Part shown: one piece after another, positions 1 through 8,870 of the stretch
Position numbering within the stretch: the first letter of the stretch is position 1
Layout: every line of letters starts with the position of its first letter
NCBI GenBank assembly: GCA_963698005.1
Contig: OY969113.1
Coordinates: forward strand, 1,209,669 to 1,273,668
Origin: an uncultured Acidobacteriota bacterium
GTDB taxonomy: Bacteria > Acidobacteriota > Terriglobia > Acidiferrales > UBA7541
Length of the DNA: 64,000 nt
Direction: 5' to 3'
The notes under the pieces: generated by a model
What the model was told of the DNA's origin: nothing
What the model saw: the letters and a program-made list of their open reading frames with translations, nothing else
The model's database searches: none
Position numbers and translations under genes: made by a program

Positions 1-59
1 TGACGCGCACGGAGTTTTCCTCGAGAAACCCGACCGCGGGTGCTTTAGAATAGGCAGCC

Positions 60-827
60 TTGGCTACTGCGGCGCAACTCGAGCGTGTGCGCATCGTTTT
101 GGTGTCAGTGCGCAATCCTCTGAACATTGGCGCCGCTGCTCGCGCGATGAGTAACTTTGGGTTTCGCCACCTACGCGTGGTGAACCCGTACGAACCGGCG
201 TTTCGCGAAGCGCGTTCGGCTGTCGGGGCTACGTCTCTCCTTGCGGAAGCTGAACAATACAAAAGCGTGGCCGAGGCTGTGGCGGACTGCACGCTCGTGG
301 TGGGAACGACGGCGGTGCGACATCGGCAATTGCACCATCCGCTGCGGAGGCTGGAAGACGGCGCTCGGCTGATTCGCAGACGGATTGGCGCGAGCCGCGT
401 GGCGCTGTTGTTCGGCTCGGAGAAATTTGGCTTGTCGAATGAGGATCTGAGCCATTGCCACTGGCTGATGCGGGTCCCTACGCGCGAAGAAAACATTTCG
501 ATGAACTTGGGGCAGGCTGTAGCGGTGTGCTTGTACGAAATTGTTCGCGACGGGAAAGCCGCGCGACTGCCGGAGAAACTTCCGGGCGCCACGGCTGCGG
601 AAGTCGAGCGAATTACGCTGAAGCTGCTCGAAGCGTTGCATGCCAGCGGCTTTCTGGAAATGCGGCGGGTGGCGGACGCGGAGGAAAGGATTCGCCGGCT
701 AGTGCGTCGGCTTAATTTGCCTGCGCGCGATGCGGTGATTTGGCTCGGGATTATGCGGCAGATTCTTTGGAAGATGAAGTCGGGTCAAGAGTCGAAAAAC
801 GAAAAAGACACAGAGCGTGGAAAGTGA
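60..827 (+). CDS. trmJ: SPOUT-class tRNA (cytidine/uridine-2'-O)-methyltransferase, TrmJ-like
   Basis: 255-aa ORF with TTG start. Motifs RIVLVSVRNPLNIGAAARAMSNFGF..LRVVNP and SMNLGQAVAVCLYE are typical of TrmJ/SpoU methyltransferases. Confidence 0.8.
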   Translation: MATAAQLERVRIVLVSVRNPLNIGAAARAMSNFGFRHLRVVNPYEPAFREARSAVGATSLLAEAEQYKSVAEAVADCTLVVGTTAVRHRQLHHPLRRLEDGARLIRRRIGASRVALLFGSEKFGLSNEDLSHCHWLMRVPTREENISMNLGQAVAVCLYEIVRDGKAARLPEKLPGATAAEVERITLKLLEALHASGFLEMRRVADAEERIRRLVRRLNLPARDAVIWLGIMRQILWKMKSGQESKNEKDTERGK

Positions 828-1261
828 TACCGGAGATCCTGGCGACGTTAGCTTGCGGCATCTTCGCGGGCGCCGCGATTTACATCAATTTGGTTGAACA
901 ACCGGCCAGGCTTTCTTGCGGGATCAATTTAGCGCTTACAGAGTGGAGGCCCAGTTACAAACGTGGCGCTGCGATGCAGGCGGGTTTAGCTCTTCTTGGC
1001 TCAGGTCTAGGGCTTGTGTCTTGGTGGAGGAGCGGTGACCCAACTTGGATCATAGGCGGCGCGCTGTTGTTTGCAGTGATTCCGTTGACATTGATCGTAA
1101 TCCTGCCAACAAACAAAAGGCTTCAAAGCGAAAAGTTGGATGTGGCCTCCGCCGAGGCAGAACGGCTCTTGCGTCTGTGGGGCAGACTACACGCAGTGCG
1201 TAGCGCACTCAGCTCAACCGCTTTCTTGATTTTTCTATTTGCACTGAGGCACACGCGTTAA
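824..1261 (+). CDS. DUF1772-like integral membrane protein
   Basis: In-frame GTG at 824 overlaps the trmJ stop (GTGA). Four hydrophobic segments. IFAGAAIYINLVEQPAR and ILPTNKRL resemble the DUF1772/anthrone-oxygenase-like family. The 740 start in the ORF track would overlap trmJ by 88 nt. Confidence 0.6.
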   Translation: MIPEILATLACGIFAGAAIYINLVEQPARLSCGINLALTEWRPSYKRGAAMQAGLALLGSGLGLVSWWRSGDPTWIIGGALLFAVIPLTLIVILPTNKRLQSEKLDVASAEAERLLRLWGRLHAVRSALSSTAFLIFLFALRHTR

Positions 1262-1360
1262 CGATCTTCAATCCTATTTGCACAACTTCGCAGCAAGCCC
1301 TAGCTCGAAAGGTTTTTCCGCAGCGATTACAACAGCATCCGGACTCAAAGTATCTATCCC

Positions 1361-1954
1361 TTGATTCGAGTGACACGAGAAACGCATGAAGCGCCGGCTG
1401 GCGTGCAGGAACGGGCTACGCGCGCGGGCGGGGTGAATCGTTATGGCGAGCCGAACTTTCGCGTGGTGTGGGGCGGGTCGCGGCTGGCGTGGATTGGCGG
1501 GAGATGGACGGACCGCGATGCGCACGGCAATCAGGTTCGCGAAACAGTGGAGTTGAGACGTGTGCCGAAATACCTTCCAGAGGATCGCTGGCACATCGAG
1601 CGATGGATGCCGGCGGAGTCGTACGGCTCGCCGGAGCAATGGGTTGAGCAAACGACTGAGATCGAAGATGGAGTGCGAATCGCGGCGCTGGGGCCGTACC
1701 CGTCGCGCGGAGATTACGAGCATTGCTTTACGCTGGAGAGCGCGGGCGGAGAATTTATTCCGCTTACGCCGGCGGCGTGCGATTGGATCGTGCGGGCGAT
1801 CGAATGGTCGCGGAGGCAGGGGCACACGGAAATGCGCGGGGCCATCGCGGCGAGAGAAGCGCGTCGCGAGCGCCATATGGATCGCGGCATGGACGATATT
1901 CTCGACGACGCGGTGCCGGCGTTTCACGGGGAGGCGTTTGTGGTGAGCGCGTAA
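1361..1954 (+). CDS. hypothetical protein (first gene of the island, possibly phage-derived)
   Basis: 197-aa ORF with balanced composition (GEPNFRVVWGGSRLAWIGGRW..). No recognisable motif. Start uncertain (TTG 1361 or GTG 1370). Its last 16 codons are duplicated downstream at 2023-2070. Confidence 0.5.
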   Translation: MIRVTRETHEAPAGVQERATRAGGVNRYGEPNFRVVWGGSRLAWIGGRWTDRDAHGNQVRETVELRRVPKYLPEDRWHIERWMPAESYGSPEQWVEQTTEIEDGVRIAALGPYPSRGDYEHCFTLESAGGEFIPLTPAACDWIVRAIEWSRRQGHTEMRGAIAAREARRERHMDRGMDDILDDAVPAFHGEAFVVSA

Positions 1955-2070
1955 CTGCTCTGCCTTTACAACGGGTGCGGACCGAACGCGGCGGCAAGCC
2001 GCCGCACTCCAAATAGTTCGGCGACGTGGCACCGACGTTTCACGCGGAGGCATTTGTGGTGAGCGCGTAG
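1907..2070 (+). repeat. 48-nt imperfect direct repeat (1907-1954 and 2023-2070) flanking a REP element
   Basis: 41 of 48 positions identical by eye. Both copies end in a stop codon and encode D(A/V)(V/A)P(A/T)FH(G/A)EAFVVSA*. The 68-nt spacer contains REP type D copy 1. Confidence 0.85.
1988..2015 (+). repeat. REP-like element type D (hairpin + CACTCCAAA)
   Basis: gcggcggcaagccgccgc hairpin followed by actccaaata. Related copies at 8696, 30358 and 58430. Confidence 0.7.
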
Positions 2071-2153
2071 GAGAAATAGCCGACGGTGAACGAGATTGGT
2101 GGCAAAAAAGACGGACCTGAGCAATTAGCGCAGCATTGCCAAGCACTTGTTCC

Positions 2154-2179
2154 GGGCGCAGCATGCTGTGCCCCTACGG
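2154..2179 (+). repeat. REP element type A (GGGCGCAGCATGCTGYGCCC palindrome + CTACGG)
   Basis: 20-nt palindrome with one G-T wobble, followed by CTACGG. Read on the minus strand it is GTAG followed by the palindrome, the classical REP layout. Strand + here means hairpin then CTAC on the top strand. Confidence 0.9.
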
Positions 2180-2246
2180 AGCAGCGGCACGGCAAGACAA
2201 GTCCGGGGCGTCTTGTCGCGCACGCGTTTTGCCGATGGGACGACTG

Positions 2247-2287
2247 AAGTCAAAAGAGCCGGCGAGGACGCCGGCGCTACGAAAACC
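2247..2287 (+). repeat. REP element type B (AAGTCAAAAGA GCCGGCGnGACGCCGGC GCTACGAAAACC)
   Basis: gccggcgaggacgccggc hairpin followed by gctacgaaaacc. Near-identical copies at 8525 and 21706. Confidence 0.9.
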
Positions 2288-2327
2288 GAATAGCGGCTGG
2301 CTCAATTTGTCCCGGCCACGCTTCAGC

Positions 2328-2353
2328 AGGCGCAGCATGCTGTGCCCCTACGG
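2328..2353 (+). repeat. REP element type A
   Basis: aggcgcagcatgctgtgcccctacgg. Confidence 0.9.
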
Positions 2354-2459
2354 ATTTGTTGGCGGCTTACTATGATGCGCGGTTAGCGATGAATTGCGCT
2401 GTCTGCTCGGTTTTAACCCGTGAATAAAATTCAGTTATCACCAAAAGAGGAAGGCACCA

Positions 2460-3146
2460 TTGAACGGACTACTAGGGCAGGGAATTCATCGGGACATATT
2501 AGTGGACACGCGAGCGAAGGACGACACGGCGGCGACGGTGGCGATTGGCTCGGTGTCGGAACAGGACTGGTACGTGTCGCGCACGCATGGGGTTTACCAC
2601 ATTCCGGCTTGCGCGAAGGGGGAGGCGTACGCGCTGCTGTTGCTGACGTCGCGTGGGGATGCGCTGGATCTGGGCGACAACCGGCGCTTTCCATTTACGA
2701 TTTCGGCGCGAGAGATTGCCGTAGATCTGCTGCAGGACCTTCAGGACCACGGCGTGTTCGTTTGCGCGGGAGCGCGGCCGGCGGCTGAAGAATTGACCGC
2801 GGCACGGGAGCGGCGGGATGCGTTTTATCACAAGCTGATCGGAGAAGGGGACACCATGTGGGCGCGCGGGCACTCGTTTCGCGAGATTTCCGATTTGCAC
2901 CGGCGGGCGGCAATCAGCTTGGGCGTCGAACGCGAGTGGGCTTACGTTCCCATGCGCATGAATGATTGCCCTGCGTGCGGCGAGAAAGTGAAGCAGGGAG
3001 TGGCTGTGTGCAAGCATTGCGCCGCAATTTTGGACGCGGAAAAAGCTGCGAAGCACGGGCTTGGTGTCGGTGTGAAGAATCGGGGGGAACGAGCGGCGTC
3101 TGCTGGTCGCGGGAAATCGAACGAAGAGGCGCACGAACAAAGATAG
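2460..3146 (+). CDS. hypothetical protein with C-terminal zinc-ribbon (CPACG..CKHC)
   Basis: 228-aa ORF. TTG start preceded by AGAGGAAGG. CxxC-x11-CxxC near the C-terminus followed by a basic tail. No family recognised. Confidence 0.55.
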   Translation: MNGLLGQGIHRDILVDTRAKDDTAATVAIGSVSEQDWYVSRTHGVYHIPACAKGEAYALLLLTSRGDALDLGDNRRFPFTISAREIAVDLLQDLQDHGVFVCAGARPAAEELTAARERRDAFYHKLIGEGDTMWARGHSFREISDLHRRAAISLGVEREWAYVPMRMNDCPACGEKVKQGVAVCKHCAAILDAEKAAKHGLGVGVKNRGERAASAGRGKSNEEAHEQR

Positions 3147-3286
3147 CGCGACTTCCACGCTTTCGTGGGGCGTAGCTTGCTGCGCCTGGCAAGGGGGCTT
3201 GGCCATAATTCGATCGTTGTCACCTGTGTCGCAGTGCGAGATGCAAAGACATTGCCTTACGCGGGCTTGATTGCTTATGTTACAGC

Positions 3287-3313
3287 GGGCGCAGCATGCT
3301 GCGCCCCTACGGG
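3287..3313 (+). repeat. REP element type A
   Basis: gggcgcagcatgctgcgcccctacggg, perfect 20-nt palindrome. Confidence 0.9.
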
Positions 3314-3379
3314 ATCCAATCCATTGCTGGGTCATTATGGCGGCGGCTACTGTGAGCGGAAAGATAAAAAGCAAAATCT

Positions 3380-3409
3380 GCCCGCCTGAAGGCGGCCGCT
3401 ACAAAGGCA
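3380..3409 (+). repeat. REP element type C (GCCCGCCTGAAGGCGGCCG CTACAAAGG)
   Basis: gcccgcc tgaa ggcggcc hairpin followed by gctacaaaggca. Related copies at 12100, 12238, 18310 and 24137. Confidence 0.85.
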
Positions 3410-3487
3410 GCGACGGCAGTTCTGTATAAATTGGCGGGATTGCGGTACAAAAGCGAGGGTACAAAGCAGCGACGAGGCAAAAACGAC

Positions 3488-6400
3488 ATGATACGAATCG
3501 GCAAAATTCGGCGGGCGGGCGATCGAGCGTTGCGCACGGCTTCACACTCTGCGCGAGCTGTTTGCCGGTGGCTAACGGGGCGGCCAATAGGACGGCCAAC
3601 GGTGAGCCTAGCGGGATGGCTGATGCTTGCTCTAATTGCGGCTCTCGTTGCGCCCTGCGCCAGCGCGCAGGGTTCGCGAAAGGACGATATCGTGTTCGGC
3701 CCGGAAGGGCATCCGATCGCAGGCGCAACGATCACCGTATGCCAGTCCACCGCCACTGGAACGCCGTGCTCGCCGCTGGCAACGCTCTTTACGGACGCGA
3801 CGCTCAGCGTGCCATCGCAAAATCCGTTTCAATCCGATGGTCTGGGCAATTATCACTTTTACGCTCCGGCGGGGCGCTATCTGGTTCAAATCACGGCGCC
3901 GCAAATCAATGGGACGCAAGTTTTTCCTGACGTAATTCTTCCCGCAGATCCATCTTCCACCGGAGTGGGGAACAATATTTCCGCGTTCGGGCTAACGCTG
4001 GGCGGAAATTTGAGCGTGGCTGGAAACGCGAATATCGCCGGAACGTTGACGACGACTAATTTTAATCCTGGGAGCTTCACGCCTTCATCGCTGAGCGTGC
4101 TGGGAAGTGAAACGGTGACCGGCCCGCGGCCGCGCATCGACGTGACTGCGTACGGCGCGAAAGGGGACGTGCTAACGGACGATACCGCGGCGATTCAGGC
4201 GGCCATCAATGCGGCTTGCACAAACGCAATCAACGGAATCAACGTGGTGCCCGAAATAGACTTCCCGTCGGGATATTATTCCATAAAACAAACGCAGCTC
4301 CCTTCCACAGCGCCAATATTTGAAATTCCATGTAGTTCCGTAACTTTCAAGGGAATGGGAAATAGCAGCACTTTGGCATTTTCGCGCGCTCCGATGACGA
4401 GGGTTGTTGTTGCGCCGGGTGCCAGCCCCAATAATGCGCCTGCGTTTGACTGCCGGTTTCCTGCTTGCAGTAACGCAGTTACTTTCCGCGATATCGAAAT
4501 TGACGGCTACAACAAGGCTCTTTGGTTTTATAAAGTGACGGACGCTAAATTAGAAAATGTGAACCTTCAAGTGCAGAACACGGGCCAGCCGGACAATAGC
4601 GCTCTGGAGCTTACCAACCTGTTTTGGTTTGAATGGCACGGCGGCGAATGCGCCAACTTGAGCTCGGGCATCGTGTCGTACTGCGTCTTGATGACAGGAG
4701 ATGTTCCGCTGGGGGGAGAAGCTCCGCTCGTGGGATTGGCGGAATTCGACAACCTGCAAGGAGCGAACGGCACATTTCATTACGACCAACGCGTGAATAC
4801 GAGCGGCCCCGGACCGGGGAACTGGGTATTCAGAGATATTCGAGGATTGGAAGGGAATTTTGGGCCGTTCCTTTTGATAACCAACAGCACCGGAAATCCA
4901 GGTTCCGCGGCGCTGCCGAGCATTACCAGCATAACTTTTGACAATGTGACTACGGCGGATTCAACCGGCCTTCCCGCCTTGATCGAGGTCAATTCCGCGG
5001 GGACGAGTATCGGCGGAGTGCTCATCGACAATTCGATCGGGGGGAATGGGGGTTCGCCTGCAATTCAAATTGACAATCCGAGCAGTTCGTCCGTTGTCGG
5101 CTGCAACATTCGAGCGGGCGGCAATTTTTCCTCTACCATTCTCGTTCAGGACAACAATGGTAATCCGATGTCGGGATGCTCGGCGGAAACCTGGAACGGG
5201 TTTGACTACTTTGTGCGCTCCGGAAACAGCGGCGGCGCTCCGGACCCGCGGCTGCGCAGCGATGTCGGCCAGTTCGGTGGATACGTCGGCGACGCGTTGC
5301 GAGCGACTTTTAATGGAAGCCGGTTCGCAGGGGTAAGCATCGATCCAGTGTTCGGCCTGCTGCTCAACGATGGAACCGATTTCGGTTACGGCGCGAGCAT
5401 CGCGGAGAATGCGGCAGGTTCGATAGATATTCAGTTTCCCAGGACATATCCACCGACAGGCGTCGCAGGTACAGCTACAACCGGGGGCTCGATCGCGGCG
5501 GGGACCTACTTCGCGACGATGTACTCGACCACGACGAATTGTAATACGACGGAGTCGGCGCCCTCGCAACAAAGCACCGGCGTGGCACTGAGCGGCACGA
5601 ACAACGCGATCACGTGGAACTGGACCGCACCACTTGCCGGGCTCGCGACGGTCGCCGGGTATTGCATAGCTACTTCCACGGTTCCGAATTTGAATAACGG
5701 GCAATGGGTGCCGCAGCAGAACAATTACATATTCATCTCCGGCGCGGGAACCACCAGCTTTACGATGACGACGCTGCCATCTTCCGGAGGGCAAGATTCG
5801 ATGATCAGCACGATGGTGGCCGCACACCGTTTCACGCCGAGCGCGCTGGGCATCAACACTACGAATCCGCAATTCAGTCTCGACGTGAATGGCACTGCCG
5901 CGGTGAACGCGTTGAACGGAGTGCAAAAGGCAGAGAGGTTTGCGGGTGCGGACGCGGCGGCGAAAATTACTGCGTGCCTTGCGGCCGCTTCGGCGTCCAC
6001 ATCCTCGTCGGTGTGCGACGCGCGCGGAATGACCGGAACGCTAACCGGCGCGCACCATGTAACTGTTCCAGCCGGCACGGTCTTGCTGTGGGGGCAGGGG
6101 CAACTGACCGTCACCGACACGACGACGAATGACGCAGTGGAATTGACGGGCGACGGCGCTTCTATCAAGGGCTATCAAGAGAGCGGTACCGGAACGATCG
6201 CCAATCCAGACACTTCGGGCTTCATTGCCTGCGGCAATGCAGGATGCACCACGGTCAAAAACCCAAATCAAGCGACGTCGAAGATAAATTTCGTGCACAT
6301 CGAAGGCATGGCACTTTTTGCCACCGGCGCGAATTCGAAAGTGATCGATATGACCAGCATCGGCCACTCGGATATAGAGAACAACAACATCACGCTCGGC

Positions 6401-8407
6401 ACGGGTGGAACTTCCTACGGAATTTACGGCAACACTTCGGTGGGAGACTTGGATGGCACGAATACTTTATTCAAGCACAACAATATGAATCCGCAGTCGG
6501 CCGGGGATACGTGCTTCTTTCTCGCAGGGATCTACAACGCAATCGTGCTGGAACAAAACGCCTGCATTCTGCCGCCCGCTAGCTCGACCGGCTACGTGCT
6601 TTCGAAAGACAGCAACGGAAATTATCCGAACAACGACGAGATTTACGGCAACGATTGCGAAAGCTCCTCGGCAGCGTTCGGGCAGATTTGCTACAACATC
6701 ATCGGGGCGACCAGCGTCACATTCGGTCCCAACAATCGCTGCGAAGATATTTACAACTGCATTCAATTTCCGTCGGACGGCTCGGCCATCGGCATTCATC
6801 TACTTGATCCGTATCTTTCCATCACGAATACTACGCAAATCAAGCCGAACGAACCTGCGACTGCGATGATTGCGATCGATAACAACGGGCACAACTGGAC
6901 GCCCTCGATGCACTTTGGGCAAAACGATCTTGCCAGCACGAACCTACTGGCGAACGCAGGCTTTGAGGGATGGAGCGGCGGGACCACTTTATTAGCGTGG
7001 GGCGGGGCTAGCGGCACAAACATCAATCAAGCCGCTTCCGGAATATATGCGCGGCAATTGAGTTCCGCTGCGCCGATCGATGGAAATACGCAAGGCAGCT
7101 ACAACGTGAAAGTGGGCGACGGCGCAACCGCGGGGCTAGGGGTGAACTCGCAATGCATTCAGGTGGATCCCGCCGCGGAATATACCTTTGGCGTGCGCGT
7201 GGCAGCTGGCTCGACGTCCGCCAATTTCCGGCCGGGCTTTCGTTTTTACTACGACCCAAACTGCACCGAAGCGGACAAGATCACGAACATCGCCACCAAT
7301 GCGCGCGTCCTCGCCCCTGCGAGTTACGTGGACAATGGCGGCAATGGCGGCAACTGGCAAAGCACGAACGCTTCGCTGACTTATAACAACGGCATTACTT
7401 GCAACTGCAACGTGACCGGCGCGGATTGGCAAGTGGCTACGGCCAATACGTGGACTGTGAATCGCAACTACGCCGTGATTTTCCGCGTGCCAAACGCTTT
7501 CAGCGTCTCGAGTACCGTGGCGCATTCGATGCGGATTTTTCTGCTTGAGAATTCGGCTTCGTCCAGCAATTTCGTTTATTTTGACGACGCATTTCTGGCT
7601 AAGGGACCCATGCCTTCCGAGCCGCGGTTTGCGCCGCTTGCCGACAGCGGCAACGGCGGCGCCGACACGGTGTACTCAAACCTGAGCGTGCTGGGAACCG
7701 TGAACGGTACAAGCCAGAACGCCGCCAGCGCGGGCGGCCAATTCCTGGGCGCTGCCAGCGGCACTGCGCCGAGCTTGATCGCACAGTTGAGCACGGGACA
7801 AACCGGGCATATGTTCGATCTGGACCCGAGTAGCTCGACGACTCCCATTTCGTTTTTCGATAACTCCGGCAATTTTCTTGCGCGCAACGATCTGAATGCG
7901 GTGAGCCCACTGGGCGCCGCCACGGTTTCAATGTCGAATGCGAGCGACGGATTAGCGATCGCTCCCGCTTCCGGCACTACCGGCGGAAATGCACTGAAAG
8001 TGATGGCGCCGGGATCGTCCGCCACGATCAACGCGTCCATTTCTTATGCGGGGAACGTGCAGGGAATTTTTCTGCTGGCAAATCGAGGGAGCTCGATCGG
8101 CACGTCGAACATCACGCTATCGAGCGGGTGGGGAAGCTCGGCGACGGTCACGGCCAGCGGGACGAGCCAGCGGTTTACCGCAACCGTAACCGCGAGCGGA
8201 ACGACCGCCGCGAATCCGACGATTGCGATTAATTTCACGAATACGTGGCCGCTCACGCCGATTTTCATTTGCAAAATGGTGGGAGGAACCGGGGCGGTGG
8301 CTAACGTCACCGGAGAGAACACCGCAACCACGGGAAGCATGACGCTGACGTTCAATGCCACGCCTGCCAGCGGGTCGACGTACATTTTTAATTGCCACGG
8401 GGAATAG
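3488..8407 (+). CDS. giant secreted tail-fibre/tailspike-like protein: signal peptide, CarboxypepD_reg-like domain, beta-helix (Pectate_lyase_3-like) regions, CBM_4_9-like jelly roll
   Basis: Uninterrupted ORF to 8407. Start uncertain (ATG 3431, ATG 3488 or GTG about 3601). Signal-like LMLALIAALVAPCASA-QG. IDVTAYGAKGDVLTDDTAAIQAAINAA matches the Pectate_lyase_3/tailspike N-cap motif. NLLANAGFEGW...VYFDDAFL is CBM_4_9-like (6941-7609). Confidence 0.75.
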   Translation: MIRIGKIRRAGDRALRTASHSARAVCRWLTGRPIGRPTVSLAGWLMLALIAALVAPCASAQGSRKDDIVFGPEGHPIAGATITVCQSTATGTPCSPLATLFTDATLSVPSQNPFQSDGLGNYHFYAPAGRYLVQITAPQINGTQVFPDVILPADPSSTGVGNNISAFGLTLGGNLSVAGNANIAGTLTTTNFNPGSFTPSSLSVLGSETVTGPRPRIDVTAYGAKGDVLTDDTAAIQAAINAACTNAINGINVVPEIDFPSGYYSIKQTQLPSTAPIFEIPCSSVTFKGMGNSSTLAFSRAPMTRVVVAPGASPNNAPAFDCRFPACSNAVTFRDIEIDGYNKALWFYKVTDAKLENVNLQVQNTGQPDNSALELTNLFWFEWHGGECANLSSGIVSYCVLMTGDVPLGGEAPLVGLAEFDNLQGANGTFHYDQRVNTSGPGPGNWVFRDIRGLEGNFGPFLLITNSTGNPGSAALPSITSITFDNVTTADSTGLPALIEVNSAGTSIGGVLIDNSIGGNGGSPAIQIDNPSSSSVVGCNIRAGGNFSSTILVQDNNGNPMSGCSAETWNGFDYFVRSGNSGGAPDPRLRSDVGQFGGYVGDALRATFNGSRFAGVSIDPVFGLLLNDGTDFGYGASIAENAAGSIDIQFPRTYPPTGVAGTATTGGSIAAGTYFATMYSTTTNCNTTESAPSQQSTGVALSGTNNAITWNWTAPLAGLATVAGYCIATSTVPNLNNGQWVPQQNNYIFISGAGTTSFTMTTLPSSGGQDSMISTMVAAHRFTPSALGINTTNPQFSLDVNGTAAVNALNGVQKAERFAGADAAAKITACLAAASASTSSSVCDARGMTGTLTGAHHVTVPAGTVLLWGQGQLTVTDTTTNDAVELTGDGASIKGYQESGTGTIANPDTSGFIACGNAGCTTVKNPNQATSKINFVHIEGMALFATGANSKVIDMTSIGHSDIENNNITLGTGGTSYGIYGNTSVGDLDGTNTLFKHNNMNPQSAGDTCFFLAGIYNAIVLEQNACILPPASSTGYVLSKDSNGNYPNNDEIYGNDCESSSAAFGQICYNIIGATSVTFGPNNRCEDIYNCIQFPSDGSAIGIHLLDPYLSITNTTQIKPNEPATAMIAIDNNGHNWTPSMHFGQNDLASTNLLANAGFEGWSGGTTLLAWGGASGTNINQAASGIYARQLSSAAPIDGNTQGSYNVKVGDGATAGLGVNSQCIQVDPAAEYTFGVRVAAGSTSANFRPGFRFYYDPNCTEADKITNIATNARVLAPASYVDNGGNGGNWQSTNASLTYNNGITCNCNVTGADWQVATANTWTVNRNYAVIFRVPNAFSVSSTVAHSMRIFLLENSASSSNFVYFDDAFLAKGPMPSEPRFAPLADSGNGGADTVYSNLSVLGTVNGTSQNAASAGGQFLGAASGTAPSLIAQLSTGQTGHMFDLDPSSSTTPISFFDNSGNFLARNDLNAVSPLGAATVSMSNASDGLAIAPASGTTGGNALKVMAPGSSATINASISYAGNVQGIFLLANRGSSIGTSNITLSSGWGSSATVTASGTSQRFTATVTASGTTAANPTIAINFTNTWPLTPIFICKMVGGTGAVANVTGENTATTGSMTLTFNATPASGSTYIFNCHGE

Positions 8408-8457
8408 GGAATCACGGCAGGCCTTCCGGAGCTTGTGTCACGACGAGCAAATTCGTT

Positions 8458-8529
8458 CCCTCAGCGGCTAAAGCCGCACTGATTTTGCACAATTTACGGC
8501 ACGACTAAAGTCGTGCCCTGACGAAAATC
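8458..8529 (+). repeat. REP-like composite element type E (two hairpins: cagcggctaaagccgcactg and ggcacgactaaagtcgtgcc + ctgacgaaaatc)
   Basis: Reverse complement matches 58491-58562 at 68 of 72 positions by eye. Confidence 0.9.
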
Positions 8530-8567
8530 AAAAGAGCCGGCGGGACGCCGGCGCTACGAAAACCGGG
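8525..8567 (+). repeat. REP element type B
   Basis: aaatcaaaagagccggcgggacgccggcgctacgaaaaccggg. Confidence 0.9.
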
Positions 8568-8634
8568 CGTGTGCCGTAGCGATTGCGGCAAGGGCGAGTT
8601 GGCAACATCTTAAGCATCGCCAAGAATTTGTGGC

Positions 8635-8661
8635 GGGCGCAGCATGCTGCGCCCCTACGGG
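8635..8661 (+). repeat. REP element type A
   Basis: gggcgcagcatgctgcgcccctacggg. Confidence 0.9.
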
Positions 8662-8695
8662 ATGTTGCTACGGCAAAGCGCGGCCGGGACTAGAA

Positions 8696-8724
8696 AGCGG
8701 GAGCAAGCTCCCGCACTCCAAAGA
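8696..8724 (+). repeat. REP-like element type D
   Basis: agcgggagcaagctcccgc hairpin followed by actccaaaga. Confidence 0.7.
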
Positions 8725-8870
8725 AACGTGGCGACGCTTAATATGGAGATCCGGTAAATCCTGCACAAATGATTTCGAAGTGAACTAGCTCTTCGTAAGC
8801 GTCAACACATCCTCGCATTCGCACTGGTCCACATAGAGTTTTCCACACGTAACACACTTCGGAGGCAACA

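Noticed and set aside
1262-1360. Prophage attachment sites or tRNA integration target at the island borders (1262-1360 versus 30079-31157)
   Set aside because: I found no shared direct repeat between the two borders by eye, no tRNA-like T-arm sequence anywhere in the window, and no integrase or recombinase ORF.
1274-2164. 296-aa minus-strand ORF antisense to 1361-1954, with similar long antisense ORFs at 2499-3374, 4961-5926, 12766-14148, 15376-16167, 50982-52031 and 56857-57396
   Set aside because: They are extremely Arg/Pro/His-rich with no motifs. They lie antisense to ORFs with clear protein signatures or run through REP elements. Such shadow ORFs are typical of GC-rich DNA.
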